The notes below the pieces were generated by a model. It did not search any database, was not told the origin of the DNA, and was given only the letters and a program-made list of their open reading frames with translations. A DNA stretch of 63,878 bases, filler included, from Octopus bimaculoides (lineage: Eukaryota), in assembly GCF_001194135.2 (NCBI RefSeq). It is 5 parts of 4 records of this genome, joined end to end, with 100 filler letters (N's around TTAATTAATTAA, not from the genome) between each part and the next. Parts side by side here need not be neighbours in the genome. Positions count along the whole stretch, not along the records: positions 61,585 to 63,878 come from NC_068998.1; 4 more parts are not named here. One strand, given 5' to 3'. Positions 63,816-63,878 of the stretch are shown piece after piece. A program made the translations under genes and the position numbers. Each line of letters begins with the position of its first letter. Within the stretch, counting starts at the first letter, position 1.

Positions 63816-63878
63816 CATGTAAACATACAGAAAGACACGGAAAGTCAGATAGATCGAGAGATATTATATATATATATA

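Overview
This is eukaryotic, AT-rich, repeat-saturated DNA. The SINE and microsatellite content looks like a coleoid cephalopod such as Octopus, but that is my inference from pattern recognition, not a search result. About 5 kb (~8%) is N in 15 gaps. I found no convincing host protein-coding gene. Nearly all supplied ORFs are microsatellite translations, run through N-gaps, or are transposon remnants. Supported content: (1) three Penelope-like retroelement (PLE) pieces, one a long open RT whose GIY-YIG endonuclease lies inverted upstream on the same contig, plus degenerate hammerhead-like cores; (2) several R4/Dong-like restriction-like-endonuclease (RLE) LINE remnants stacked head-to-tail at (ATAC)n and (TAA)n tracts; (3) RTE, CR1/L2 and Jockey/I-like RT fragments; (4) four mariner remnants, a Buster/Charlie hAT transposase remnant, hAT and Tigger MITEs, and two non-autonomous Helitrons; (5) many tRNA-derived SINEs of at least three families; (6) a dispersed 5S rRNA pseudogene lacking Box C; (7) several unexplained inverted repeats and hairpins. 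I cannot claim a clearly new biological system. The best leads are the (ATAC)n-associated RLE stack, the inverted PLE, the interlocking hairpins at 44.7 kb and the 25.4-25.9 kb foldback.
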